Of a DNA stretch of 64,000 bases, positions 51,712 through 61,362 are shown piece by piece. The notes under the pieces are model-generated. The model was not told where the DNA came from. It ran no database searches and worked only from the letters and a program-made list of their open reading frames with translations. A program made the translations under genes and the position numbers. Origin of the DNA: Promethearchaeota archaeon (GTDB taxonomy: Archaea > Asgardarchaeota > Lokiarchaeia > Sigyniarchaeales > SOKP01); contig JAHLWS010000046.1 of assembly GCA_019057795.1 (NCBI GenBank), positions 1 through 64,000 on the forward strand. Direction: 5' to 3'. Every line of letters starts with the position of its first letter. Position 1 is the first letter of the stretch.

Positions 51712-52959
51712 TTATTTAATAATCTTTTTAATTTCATCAGCTACTTTTAGACTTCCAAAATACGAACCAGAAAAGGTTTTAGCTTTAAATAGAATTGTAC
51801 ATAAAGGTTCGTTTTTGGAGATATTTTTAATAGGTTCTGATTTATCGTGTATATATTTAAGATTGTTAATTTTGTTTAATAAATGCTTATTAATTTCTTT
51901 TGGAGCAAAGAAAATCATCTTAGTTGCGAAATTTTCTATTTCTGATTTCTTCAATGTCTCTTTAACATATTCCCATCCTTCGAGGTTAAAACTCTTTACA
52001 TGTAAATTTAACAAATTTAAGTTCATTGCCTCTTCAGATACTCTGATTGACCCCGGTATTCTAGGATTAATCTCCATTAAATAAGGATAATGTTCTTTTA
52101 GTACAAAATCGAATCCATTTATTCCTCTTAATTTCAACTCGTTTGATAATTTTAACGAAATTTCAGCTATTAACTTTTTATCTTCTTTAAAAATATTGGC
52201 AGGCACTATATTCCCGCAGTACATGAATTCTTTTGGGGCGTTAAGGAATTTTTCTCCGACTATTTGACGATTAATAGATATTACTCTACTTTCTATTCCA
52301 TTAGATATTGTTGTACAACTTACTGGTAACCCTTCAATATATTCTTGAACTAACCAATCTTTAGGATAAAAGTCTTGAGTTCTAATTAAATTAAGAATAA
52401 ACGAAAGTTCATCTCTATTATTTATTTTATATACGTTAATTCCACCAGAACCGCTTACTTTTTTAAAAACAAAAGGATAATTTAATCCGTTTATTTTAGA
52501 TTTGACTTCGTCATATGAAGTTGAAGAAGGCACCTTGTATCCTAAATTTTTCAAAAAATTGAAAATATAATCTATGTTGCGGCTCTTTTTAATTGCGTCT
52601 AAACTATTATTAAGATTAATAATTTTGTAATTTTTTTGATTTATCTCATTTAAAATAAGTACTCTTTCTTCAAAAGCATCGTCTAAACCACTTCCAATAA
52701 TTAGATAGTTAATTTTAGGATGTTTGGCTAAAAGTTCCAATATAAGGTTTGGAAGGTATTCACTATAGTTATTTTTTATAATTTCGTAGTTAGCGCTTAA
52801 GATTTTGGTAAGAACTAAATAATCTTTAACGCACGGATAAAGGTCTAAGTCTCCAAAAAAATCTACAGCATACACTTCGTAACCAGCTTTATATAATGAA
52901 TAAGCTAAGGGGCGTGTGTTAAATCCAGCTACTAAAACAGATTCTACTTTGTTACCCAT
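51712..52959 (-). CDS. ATP-grasp ligase (COG2232-like)
   Basis: GFNTRPLA...VDFFGDLDL, KKVSGSGG, QEYIEG, YCGN, GINGFDF, MEINPRIPGS. Confidence 0.85.
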   Translation of the reverse strand: MGNKVESVLVAGFNTRPLAYSLYKAGYEVYAVDFFGDLDLYPCVKDYLVLTKILSANYEIIKNNYSEYLPNLILELLAKHPKINYLIIGSGLDDAFEERVLILNEINQKNYKIINLNNSLDAIKKSRNIDYIFNFLKNLGYKVPSSTSYDEVKSKINGLNYPFVFKKVSGSGGINVYKINNRDELSFILNLIRTQDFYPKDWLVQEYIEGLPVSCTTISNGIESRVISINRQIVGEKFLNAPKEFMYCGNIVPANIFKEDKKLIAEISLKLSNELKLRGINGFDFVLKEHYPYLMEINPRIPGSIRVSEEAMNLNLLNLHVKSFNLEGWEYVKETLKKSEIENFATKMIFFAPKEINKHLLNKINNLKYIHDKSEPIKNISKNEPLCTILFKAKTFSGSYFGSLKVADEIKKIIK

Positions 52960-53003
52960 TAATTAAATAATAAAATAAGAACTTTAAGAACTTAATTATG
53001 AAA

Positions 53004-55246
53004 TTAAAGGATTTTCTTTAATTCCAAGATCAAATTTTTTGGATTAATACGATCAAATTGAAATATTTCTGCTTTTCCGTATTCTTTAAAGTTCTTTTTA
53101 ATGTTGTCCGCGGCGAACGTATTTACGCCCAGAGATCTTGTCGCATATGACTTCTTCGGCTCTAAAACGACCATATGTGCTCCTTTCTTGGATAAATTCT
53201 TTGTTAATGCTTTTAATTCGTTAATAATTAATGTGTAGTCTGTTTGAACTTGAGCAATTAAATCAGGAAATTTATAGGAAATGTTAGCTCCGCAGTCAGA
53301 ACATACAAAAATGACGGGAATCATATTTCTATTCTTTAACTTTTCAGCGTTCATTAGCTTTAAGCATTTTGTCAACGCTGCTGCCATAGGCGTGTAAGAT
53401 TTTCCTTTAATCTTTTTCATTTTATTTACAGCAGTTTTAAAGTAAACCGTAGGTTTCTGAAGAACGACGGCTTCTTTTCCTCTAAAGATGATGAGGCTTA
53501 TTTTATCCTTTTTCCGGTATCCTTCACGTTGTAACGATAGAATCACATCTGTCATTTGTTTAATCACGTAATGCATCGAAGCAGAACTGTCGAGTACAAA
53601 AAATAAAACTAATGGTGCACGATATTCGTACACTTTATCCATTAAATCGTATTTATTAAATTTTATTGGAAAGTCTATTTCCGTTTGATTGTATATAGTA
53701 TTTTTCAAATAAGTCCTTATTGTTGCGTCAAGAGCTATGCTTTTAGGTCGATTAATAGGCTGCCGATATGAAATGTACCTTCCCTTTTGAGAAGAAGCTA
53801 TTTTTATCCGTCGCCCAATTCCTCTCCCGCCGTAATCAGATATTTTTCGATCTTTTCGAATATTATCTAGTATGGAAGTCATTTTCTTTTCCATGTTGTA
53901 AATTAATGGCATGGAACCTAATCCGTTTTCAAAAAATTTAAAATCTCGCTCGTCAAACTCAGGAATATCTTTTACCTTCCATCCTCCAGCAGGTGTTGGG
54001 TTTCTTTTTTTATTATCAGGGTATTTAGGGGGTGGAAGTTTCTGTTCTTTTGTCTCTGGAATGTTAACTTTTTTTGGATCAACAGATTGTCTTTTGAATT
54101 CCTTTTGAGGAGTGTCGTCGTGCTTCAGCGGTCCTTCAGTTTCTTTATTTGGTTGATAAGTATTTGGATCCTCGTAAGCTTTTTGTATCTTTCCGTAAAC
54201 TTCAAATATTTTTGCTTTAACTTCTTCAGGAGTCATCTCGTAATGGAGCGATTTGATTCTATGTTCAAACACTAAATTCATAGCCGCATTTAAATCTTCT
54301 TCAATAACTTCCTTCCGACCGTTGAGTGCAGCATGAGCTCTCGCGCATCTTATAAACGTAATATCTGCTCTTTGTGAAAAAATATCCAATTCGTTAACTA
54401 ATCTAGATACGAATTCGTAAACAGTTGAGGGAATTTGGACTTCCTTTATAATTTGACGCGCCATCACGATTTTCTTTCTTAAATCTTCTTGTTCTTGCTC
54501 GTATTTCTTAATAAAATCCTTTGGGTTATCGTCAAAATCAATAACGCTTTTTGTAATCTCTGCTCGTAATTTTATATCGCGAGGAGCCTTGATTTTTACT
54601 TCTAAACCCAATCTATCCGCAATTTGAGGACGTAATTCTCCCTTTCCGAATTCTAATTCGAAACGAATTGAGAACCTTCGGGGTTCATACTTCCTACTAA
54701 TACAAATCGGGAGGGATGTGATACCGAAATACCTTCGCGCTCTATGATATTTATACCCGAAGCTGCAGCATCCAATAGAACATCAACAATATGGTCTTGA
54801 AGTAGATTTATCTCATCAACATAGAGGAGACCTCTATTTGCTTTAGCAAGTAGACCGGGATGAAGGCTACGAATTCCCTCAGTGAGTACTCTATCGATTG
54901 ATAAGGAACCAGTTACCATATCTTCAGTTGCGCCCAAAGGCATATCTGCTATACGCATACTACGCTTTTCTATTTCAAGATTGCCCGATTCCTTTCTTTT
55001 CCTGCAATCATTGCATAAATCGTTCAAAACAGCTTTAGGATTACATGAAAAAACACAGTCCTTAACAACTTCGATTTCAGGCATTACTTCAATTAGGGAC
55101 CTTACCGCAGTTGACTTTCCTGTTCCTTGTTGACCTGTTAATAACACACCACCAATCATAGGATCAATAACATTAAGAATTAACCCTAGCTTCATCTGAG
55201 GTTGTCCTAAAATGGCGGTAAATGGGTAATTTTTCTTTTTTTGCAT
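53004..55246 (-). CDS. ChlI/ChlD-like AAA+ chelatase subunit with C-terminal VWA domain; exons 55246-54676 and 54643-53004 (736 aa spliced)
   Basis: YPFTAILGQ, Walker A GQQGTGKST, LPLG-like MPLGATED, Walker B LYVDEINLL, then SMNPE|EGELRPQIADRLGL across the insert; VWA with DSSASM, TPMA, SD. Confidence 0.88.
54644..54675 (-). other. Candidate 32-nt archaeal BHB/BHL-type intron in a protein-coding gene
   Basis: Insert GTTCTCAATTCGTTTCGAATTAGAATTCGGAA is a hairpin with an in-frame TAG; junctions form a CCGA/UCGG 4-bp helix with AG^G and AA^A bulges; removal restores NPEEGEL and the frame. Confidence 0.8.
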
Positions 55247-55321
55247 ATCAAGTCATTGTAAAAAATAATTTCAATTAAAGATTTTCCTTTAACACAAATT
55301 ATTAGAAATATTAATCAAAAT

Positions 55322-56953
55322 TCACCGAGATGAATAATATTTCTTAAAATAATTCATTAATGATAGGGCTTTAAAACCTTTTTTAGTTAGTTCATACTCA
55401 GTAATTCTATTCTCTCTACTTATTCTTATAAATTGTTTAAGAAAATCATTTCTATCAAAAAATTGGGCTACTATCTTAGGGGATTTAACACCAAGAGCAT
55501 TAGCTAAGATCTTGTTAGTTATAATTCCACCAGTTTTGGATAATTTATCAATAGCTATTAAATATTTTTCAAAATTACCACTTAATCTCTTAGACAATTT
55601 AAATGGATCTTTAATCAATACGCTACTATAAACAAGTTTAAAGTTTTGCTTCACATTGGTATGATCTTTAGAGACTTTCTCCATAACATTCTCATCAATA
55701 TAGACATTTTCCAATAAATCATAATAACTACTCCTATGAAAAACAGTATGACAATTATTACATAAATATCCACCACGTTCTTGATCAAGTTTACTTACAA
55801 TCTCAGAACAAGTAATTTCTTCAGATTTAAAAAGATCAGAAGCTATTAAGGTCTTTTTTGTTTCATCCATGTGATTAAAATGAAATGATACTAAATGTTC
55901 AATTGTGTTAAATTCCCCACAAATTTGGCAAGATTCACCATATAGAGTTTCAATAATATATTTTCTTTTTAATAAGCTTATAATACTAAGCTTTACATAT
56001 GCTTTTTGTTTTGAATTTAGATTTTTAGTAATTGGATAAGCATTAATTGAAATTTTTATAAGAGTATGAATTAATTCAGGAGAGAGATATTGTATTTTAT
56101 TAGGAAAAATATTTGGTAAATATTTCCAAGATATCAGATGTCTGAAAAAATTATAATATTTAGAAGAAATTATATCATGATGATTAGCACATATGAGAGT
56201 GATTTTTTTTGATTCCATTGATTTAATTAAGTTTTCTAAAAATAACGGATTGTCTCTATTTTCATTAAACAATTCATACAAAACAGTAGTAGAATATTTT
56301 TGCTCTTTTTCATCAGTAGTATGGTGGAATTCCAATGCTTTTAATCTTGAAATATTTGTATTTATTTTAAATCCTTCTTTCTTGCACTCTGGGCATTCTC
56401 CTTTTCCACTCTTGCAAAATTTACCATTATAAAGGTTTTTAATGAGATAAAGCTTTATTCTACTACCAATTAGAGATGAATAAAGTTTTTCGTTATGTAT
56501 CTCTGTTTTTGATCGTTTTGGAAGTATATCTGGAAATTTTTTATAAAGAAAATCAAATATCTCTATAATTGAATTATAAAATGTTTTAAAATTTTGGAAC
56601 ATGGTAATTTCTTTATTAAATAAATATTTTGCAAGAGGTTTTATGGTTAGATTGGTTCTTATTTTTTTATGCATTACAGAAACGGCATAGAGATATTTTA
56701 TGGTTTCAGCTAATTCTGAAAAATATTTTACAGATTTATCGAAATGGTTTTTATAGAGCTCCTGTATTAATAAAATATCTTCTTTAGATAATAGATGTCG
56801 TAATTTAGCACAGTTTTTCTGTAAATCTAAAGCATAATTTGAAATTTTTGAACCAGACTTATCTAATATTATTTTTTCAAAGATATCAAAAGAAATTAAA
56901 TTCCTGATTCTTGGAAAATTATAATACGGAGGAAAGTTAAACTGTTTATTCAT
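55322..56953 (-). CDS. Protein with two HNH-like zinc-binding domains and a C-terminal winged helix (endonuclease-like)
   Basis: CPEC...LEFHH...LICANHHDII and CQICG...FHFNH...LCNNCHTVFH; C-terminal ITNKILANALGV...YELTKKG. Confidence 0.6.
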   Translation of the reverse strand: MNKQFNFPPYYNFPRIRNLISFDIFEKIILDKSGSKISNYALDLQKNCAKLRHLLSKEDILLIQELYKNHFDKSVKYFSELAETIKYLYAVSVMHKKIRTNLTIKPLAKYLFNKEITMFQNFKTFYNSIIEIFDFLYKKFPDILPKRSKTEIHNEKLYSSLIGSRIKLYLIKNLYNGKFCKSGKGECPECKKEGFKINTNISRLKALEFHHTTDEKEQKYSTTVLYELFNENRDNPLFLENLIKSMESKKITLICANHHDIISSKYYNFFRHLISWKYLPNIFPNKIQYLSPELIHTLIKISINAYPITKNLNSKQKAYVKLSIISLLKRKYIIETLYGESCQICGEFNTIEHLVSFHFNHMDETKKTLIASDLFKSEEITCSEIVSKLDQERGGYLCNNCHTVFHRSSYYDLLENVYIDENVMEKVSKDHTNVKQNFKLVYSSVLIKDPFKLSKRLSGNFEKYLIAIDKLSKTGGIITNKILANALGVKSPKIVAQFFDRNDFLKQFIRISRENRITEYELTKKGFKALSLMNYFKKYYSSR

Positions 56954-56981
56954 ATATAGATCTTTATCCTTATACTTTTAA

Positions 56982-57152
56982 TTACTTTTTTGAAAATTTT
57001 GGGTCACTAAAGATAGTTCCATTCATAAATGTGAAACCCATACCACAATTAGGACACTTGCCTCTAAATGCATTGGATTCTGGTAATTGACTCCAACCAA
57101 TCTCAACATTACAAACAGGACATCTTTCGCCCCTAAGCTTTACTTCTGTCAT
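56982..57152 (-). CDS. 56-aa zinc-ribbon microprotein (not in ORF track)
   Basis: Manual translation MTEVKLRGERCPVCNVEIGWSQLPESNAFRGKCPNCGMGFTFMNGTIFSDPKFSKK*. Confidence 0.7.
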   Translation of the reverse strand: MTEVKLRGERCPVCNVEIGWSQLPESNAFRGKCPNCGMGFTFMNGTIFSDPKFSKK

Positions 57153-57429
57153 TATTTATGAAATGTTAGAATCTTATACTTAAAAAAAGAGAGACTTCTT
57201 ATTTTCTGATTAAAAAATTTAATACTTTCATCTGTGGTTGCCCTAAAATGGCGATAAATGGGTAATTATTCGGTTTTAAGAATCTTAAAATTTTTTAGCA
57301 ATTTCTGCCAATTTTACGCCTAATTTTTCAATACTTTCATCCCATTTTGATAATATCTAAATAATATTGAAAAAAATCTGCATTAAAAAACTATAATTTG
57401 AAGATTATAGCTTCACATGTAATATTGAC

Positions 57430-58737
57430 TCAGTTTTTTTTAATTAAATTAAGATGTTTATTTAATTCAGTTTTTAATTCGTTCGCTAACAAAATCAACT
57501 TATTTGAACTGAGATTTTCCGATGTACAAATTAAATTTTTCATATTAAAACGCCAAAGATTAAGATTAATCATAATTATATTTAGTCCATTAGAACTTGA
57601 AATAATTAGATATTCTATTTTACTTTCTGCCATGTCTTCAAATGTTTGATTTAATTGGGCGATTAGCTTGTGAGCGTGATTTATTAGAATTGTATTGAAA
57701 TCTTTTGACATAGATTGTATAATAATACTATTATTATGGTCAGTAATGAAACACATAATCTTAGAATATTCTTTTAAAAAATCATCTATAATATTTTTCA
57801 ATTTGAATGTTTCTTCTGAGAAACTACTTAGAATTTCGTAAAAAGCGTTATATATACTATAAATAAAATCAGGGTATATACTTGTAAAATAAATTGGTAA
57901 ATTTAATTGATTTTGTATTTCCTTCTTTATGTTTTTAATATTCGATTCTCTATTGCTTGGATCTAGTTGATCTATTTTGTGTAAGAATAATATTATTTTT
58001 GAATCATAAGATCTAATTCTTATAATATCTATAATATCTTGGATCTCCCTAATTATTTCTTTCGATTTTGAAGCCCAAATCGTAAATTCAAAAATATAAA
58101 TAATAACATCAGTATTTTCAAAAGCAATGAATTGAGTTTTATTATTATTTAATATACCATTTAATTCTTGTCCTGAACTGTCAAAAACCCCTAAACTTAT
58201 GTCTAACCAAGAGTAAACTGAAGGTTTTATACCTCGTGTTGGACTAAGAGGATTAATTAATAAATCCCTAGGATCATGACCTTCAAATATAATTTCTTTT
58301 ATTGTGGTTTTTCCCACTCCCGCACGTCCTAATAATAGAATTTTTCTTTCTGTAGTTTCTTTAAAAAGAATGCCAATATTATCTGAAACATAAGTAATCC
58401 GATCTTCTTTTTGAAGTTTAAAACAAGCTTGAGCAAAATCTGCCAATTCTAAAGTCAACTTATAAAGATTGATTTGTTCTCTTTCGTGAAGGATTAAAAC
58501 TAAGATTTCATACCCTAATTCAACAACTCTAGTTTTATCACAATAACTTAGAATTATTTGGTCTTCAAAATGAAGTTCGTATAATTCTTCTTCTTTAACA
58601 TTACTTTGTTTTAATGCATGAGACAGGTAAATTTTATTAATTAAATCTTTTGTTAAATTTAGAGTATTAGGATATTTAAAATCTAAAATACTACCTGCTT
58701 TGCTATCCCAACTAAATAATGCTAATCCTAATGGCAT
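57430..58737 (-). CDS. Rag/Gtr-like small GTPase with longin-like N-terminal and roadblock-like C-terminal domains
   Basis: G1 GRAGVGKTT, G2 PTRG, G3 DSSGQ, G4 HKID, G5 TSIY; likely start MPLG at 58737. Confidence 0.8.
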   Translation of the reverse strand: MPLGLALFSWDSKAGSILDFKYPNTLNLTKDLINKIYLSHALKQSNVKEEELYELHFEDQIILSYCDKTRVVELGYEILVLILHEREQINLYKLTLELADFAQACFKLQKEDRITYVSDNIGILFKETTERKILLLGRAGVGKTTIKEIIFEGHDPRDLLINPLSPTRGIKPSVYSWLDISLGVFDSSGQELNGILNNNKTQFIAFENTDVIIYIFEFTIWASKSKEIIREIQDIIDIIRIRSYDSKIILFLHKIDQLDPSNRESNIKNIKKEIQNQLNLPIYFTSIYPDFIYSIYNAFYEILSSFSEETFKLKNIIDDFLKEYSKIMCFITDHNNSIIIQSMSKDFNTILINHAHKLIAQLNQTFEDMAESKIEYLIISSSNGLNIIMINLNLWRFNMKNLICTSENLSSNKLILLANELKTELNKHLNLIKKN

Positions 58738-58868
58738 ATTTAAAAACAAAAATCTGTTTAAAATTGAAATTATCGGAAAATTATGATAATAATTAATACA
58801 TACAATATACAAAATTATTTATATTTATTATTTTCCTATCTTTTAGGATTTAAACTTAAAAATAAGCT

Positions 58869-59900
58869 TTACAATAATTGGTTTATTTTTTCTGCTTTCG
58901 CATAAAATTCTTTTCCAAGATGTTCGTCTCCTATTTCTAAACAAATCTCAGCAATTTTTTCGAAAATAATAGCTGCGCCTTTAAAATCTTCATTTTTCAA
59001 AGCGAATGTTGCTTCTTCAATCAATTCCTCTCTCTCTTGTAAGCATTGTAATGAAGAAAATGTTTCAATGCTTAAATCAAAAATATCAGCCAAAATCTTA
59101 ATTAATTTAAATTGATTTTTTTGTTCAGTAGCAATCATTGAATAGGTTTTTAATCCCGTTATTCTTTCGATAGTTTCAAGATCTAATGCATCGGGCAAAT
59201 CTTGTTTATTTGCAATTATAGCTGAACGAGCATAAGGTGCTTCTTCTTTTATTAACTCTATAAAAAATTTGCTTTTTTCCACATTTTCTAGTGTTGAATC
59301 TGAAATTAAAAGTACAGTATCACTTCCTTTAATCAATTTATTCCAAAGAAAACTAAAACTATCTTTTCCTGCAAAATCCCATAATGAAAAATATAATTTT
59401 CCAATTCTAACAGTAGTTATGTTTCCGTAAATAAATGGTCTGTACTCCCGAGATGTTTTTTCATTTGCTATTAAATTAGCGATTGTAGTTTTCCCAACAC
59501 CAGAAAAGCCTACTAATGATATTTTAGGTTTTAAATTTCTATGAATAGCATTAACAGTGGGATTTATTATCTCAAATGCTGATTTATCTAAGTTTTCACT
59601 GATAAGATCACTAAAAAAGTTCAAAAAAACTTTCCTAAATTTATATAATTCAACTTTTATATTTTTTAAAACATCTGTTAATTCATTCACAAATATAAAA
59701 ATTAAGGATAAGTTGTTTTCTTTAATGAATGATATTCTATAGTTAAAATAATCAAAAGAACCAATCTCATCCTTTGATTTTAAAGCGTAATAATTTCTTA
59801 TATCCGAGAAAAAACTTATAATATTTAAGTCACTTAAAGTTTTCCCGAAGTGTCTTTCGTACAGATTTTTCTCCCTTATTATGTAGATTTCCCTTAACAT
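58869..59900 (-). CDS. Arf-like small GTPase with N-terminal longin-like domain and degenerate switch motifs
   Basis: G1 GFSGVGKTT, WDFAGK, LWNKLIKGSD, ANKQDLPDAL. Confidence 0.82.
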   Translation of the reverse strand: MLREIYIIREKNLYERHFGKTLSDLNIISFFSDIRNYYALKSKDEIGSFDYFNYRISFIKENNLSLIFIFVNELTDVLKNIKVELYKFRKVFLNFFSDLISENLDKSAFEIINPTVNAIHRNLKPKISLVGFSGVGKTTIANLIANEKTSREYRPFIYGNITTVRIGKLYFSLWDFAGKDSFSFLWNKLIKGSDTVLLISDSTLENVEKSKFFIELIKEEAPYARSAIIANKQDLPDALDLETIERITGLKTYSMIATEQKNQFKLIKILADIFDLSIETFSSLQCLQEREELIEEATFALKNEDFKGAAIIFEKIAEICLEIGDEHLGKEFYAKAEKINQLL

Positions 59901-59938
59901 TTGTCCCTCTTGCGTATTTATTTGAGAATTTTTTGAAA

Positions 59939-60865
59939 TTATTTCTTATTATAATATTTGTTAAATTCTATTTCCAATTTTTCAATTATCAAATTAAGGT
60001 TTTCTTTACTAAAGTTTTCAGAGAAAATAATTAAATTTTTAAAATTAGGGTTAAAATGATTGAGATTATCTATAATCACACTCAAAATCTTAGAACCTGA
60101 GTCTATGTAATTAATTTTCTTACTAATTAATGTTTCATCTTCAGTGGATTGGCTTATTTCAAGTATTTTTGTGTGCAATTGATTAATTAAATTAATATCA
60201 AAATCATTAATCTCTGTTTGAACTATAATGCTATTATTTTTACTTGTTATAAAACCCATAGTTTTGGGGAAATCTTTAACAATATTATCTAAAATGTGTT
60301 TTAAATCAGAAGTTTCTCTTAAGAAACTACAAAATATCTCAGAAAATGCGTTATAAGTATTATAAATTAAAAGTGGATGTATACTAGTAAAATAAATTTT
60401 TTTAATTTCTGGAAGATTTAAGATTTCCTGTATTTGATTTTTAAGTAATTTTAACTTTTCTCTAAACTTTTTATTTATTAAATCTATTTTATGAAAGAAT
60501 AATAAAAATTTAGCTTCAATATAATTTCTACTTATAAGATTTTCAATTTCTTTAATTTCATCTTTAATCTCTTGGGAATTAGATGCCCATGTAGGATAAT
60601 CAAAAACATATATGATTACATCTGCTTTATTAAATGCCTTATTTTGCTTTTTTTCATCTTCTAGCAAAAATGGTAATTCTTGTCCAGATGTGTCGAAAAG
60701 AACTAATTCTAAATCCATCCATGAGTAAATTGAAGAGGTTATTCCTCTGGTAGGCTCGAGTGGATGAATTATTAAATCTTTTGAATTTTCTCCTTCAAAG
60801 ATGGTTTTTTTTATACTTGTTTTTCCCACACTTGCCCTTCCTATTAAAAGGATCTTCTTTGGCAT
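59939..60865 (-). CDS. Rag/Gtr-like small GTPase with roadblock-like C-terminal domain
   Basis: G1 GRASVGKTS, LEPTRG, DTSGQ, HKID, TSIH. Confidence 0.82.
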   Translation of the reverse strand: MPKKILLIGRASVGKTSIKKTIFEGENSKDLIIHPLEPTRGITSSIYSWMDLELVLFDTSGQELPFLLEDEKKQNKAFNKADVIIYVFDYPTWASNSQEIKDEIKEIENLISRNYIEAKFLLFFHKIDLINKKFREKLKLLKNQIQEILNLPEIKKIYFTSIHPLLIYNTYNAFSEIFCSFLRETSDLKHILDNIVKDFPKTMGFITSKNNSIIVQTEINDFDINLINQLHTKILEISQSTEDETLISKKINYIDSGSKILSVIIDNLNHFNPNFKNLIIFSENFSKENLNLIIEKLEIEFNKYYNKK

Positions 60866-60909
60866 AATTTTAATTATTTCTATTCAATTTATTTCAATTG
60901 TCAAATTTA

Positions 60910-61284
60910 TTAAGACAAAAGAGCCTTTACATTTTCTCTAAATTCCTTAATATTTAACGGTTTTTCGTACCACTTATCAAAACCTGCCTCTTCAAATATC
61001 TTTTTTTTATTTCCTTTAAGAGGGGATGATGAAATAACGATGATAGGAATATTTTTGAATTTATCGATTTTACGAAGTTCTTTACAAAGCGTAATTCCAT
61101 CCAAATTTGGAAGGTAATAATCTATGATGCATAAATCCGGTTCTCCTGACTTTATCATTTCTAATCCTTTATCACCAGTATTCGCAAAAAAAGGCTTAAT
61201 ATTTTCCATCTGATCAAAAAGCGCTATATAAAACTCAATATATTTTTCGTCGTCTTCAATGATATAGATTTTTTTTTTTTTCAT
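60910..61284 (-). CDS. Single-domain response regulator (CheY-like)
   Basis: IIEDD, D-Y-Y-L-P-N-L-D-G, ISS, EKP. Confidence 0.9.
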   Translation of the reverse strand: MKKKKIYIIEDDEKYIEFYIALFDQMENIKPFFANTGDKGLEMIKSGEPDLCIIDYYLPNLDGITLCKELRKIDKFKNIPIIVISSSPLKGNKKKIFEEAGFDKWYEKPLNIKEFRENVKALLS

Positions 61285-61362
61285 TTTCTTACTACTTTCT
61301 TTATCGATATCTTTATTATATTTATAAATTCTAAATATTTTTAAAGTTTAAGAAACTCACAT

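Noticed and set aside
54611-54653. Chelatase as two genuine genes (ChlI-like plus ChlD-like)
   Set aside because: The break falls inside the AAA+ module and the intervening DNA still encodes GELRPQIADR in frame with the second ORF, so it is one interrupted gene.
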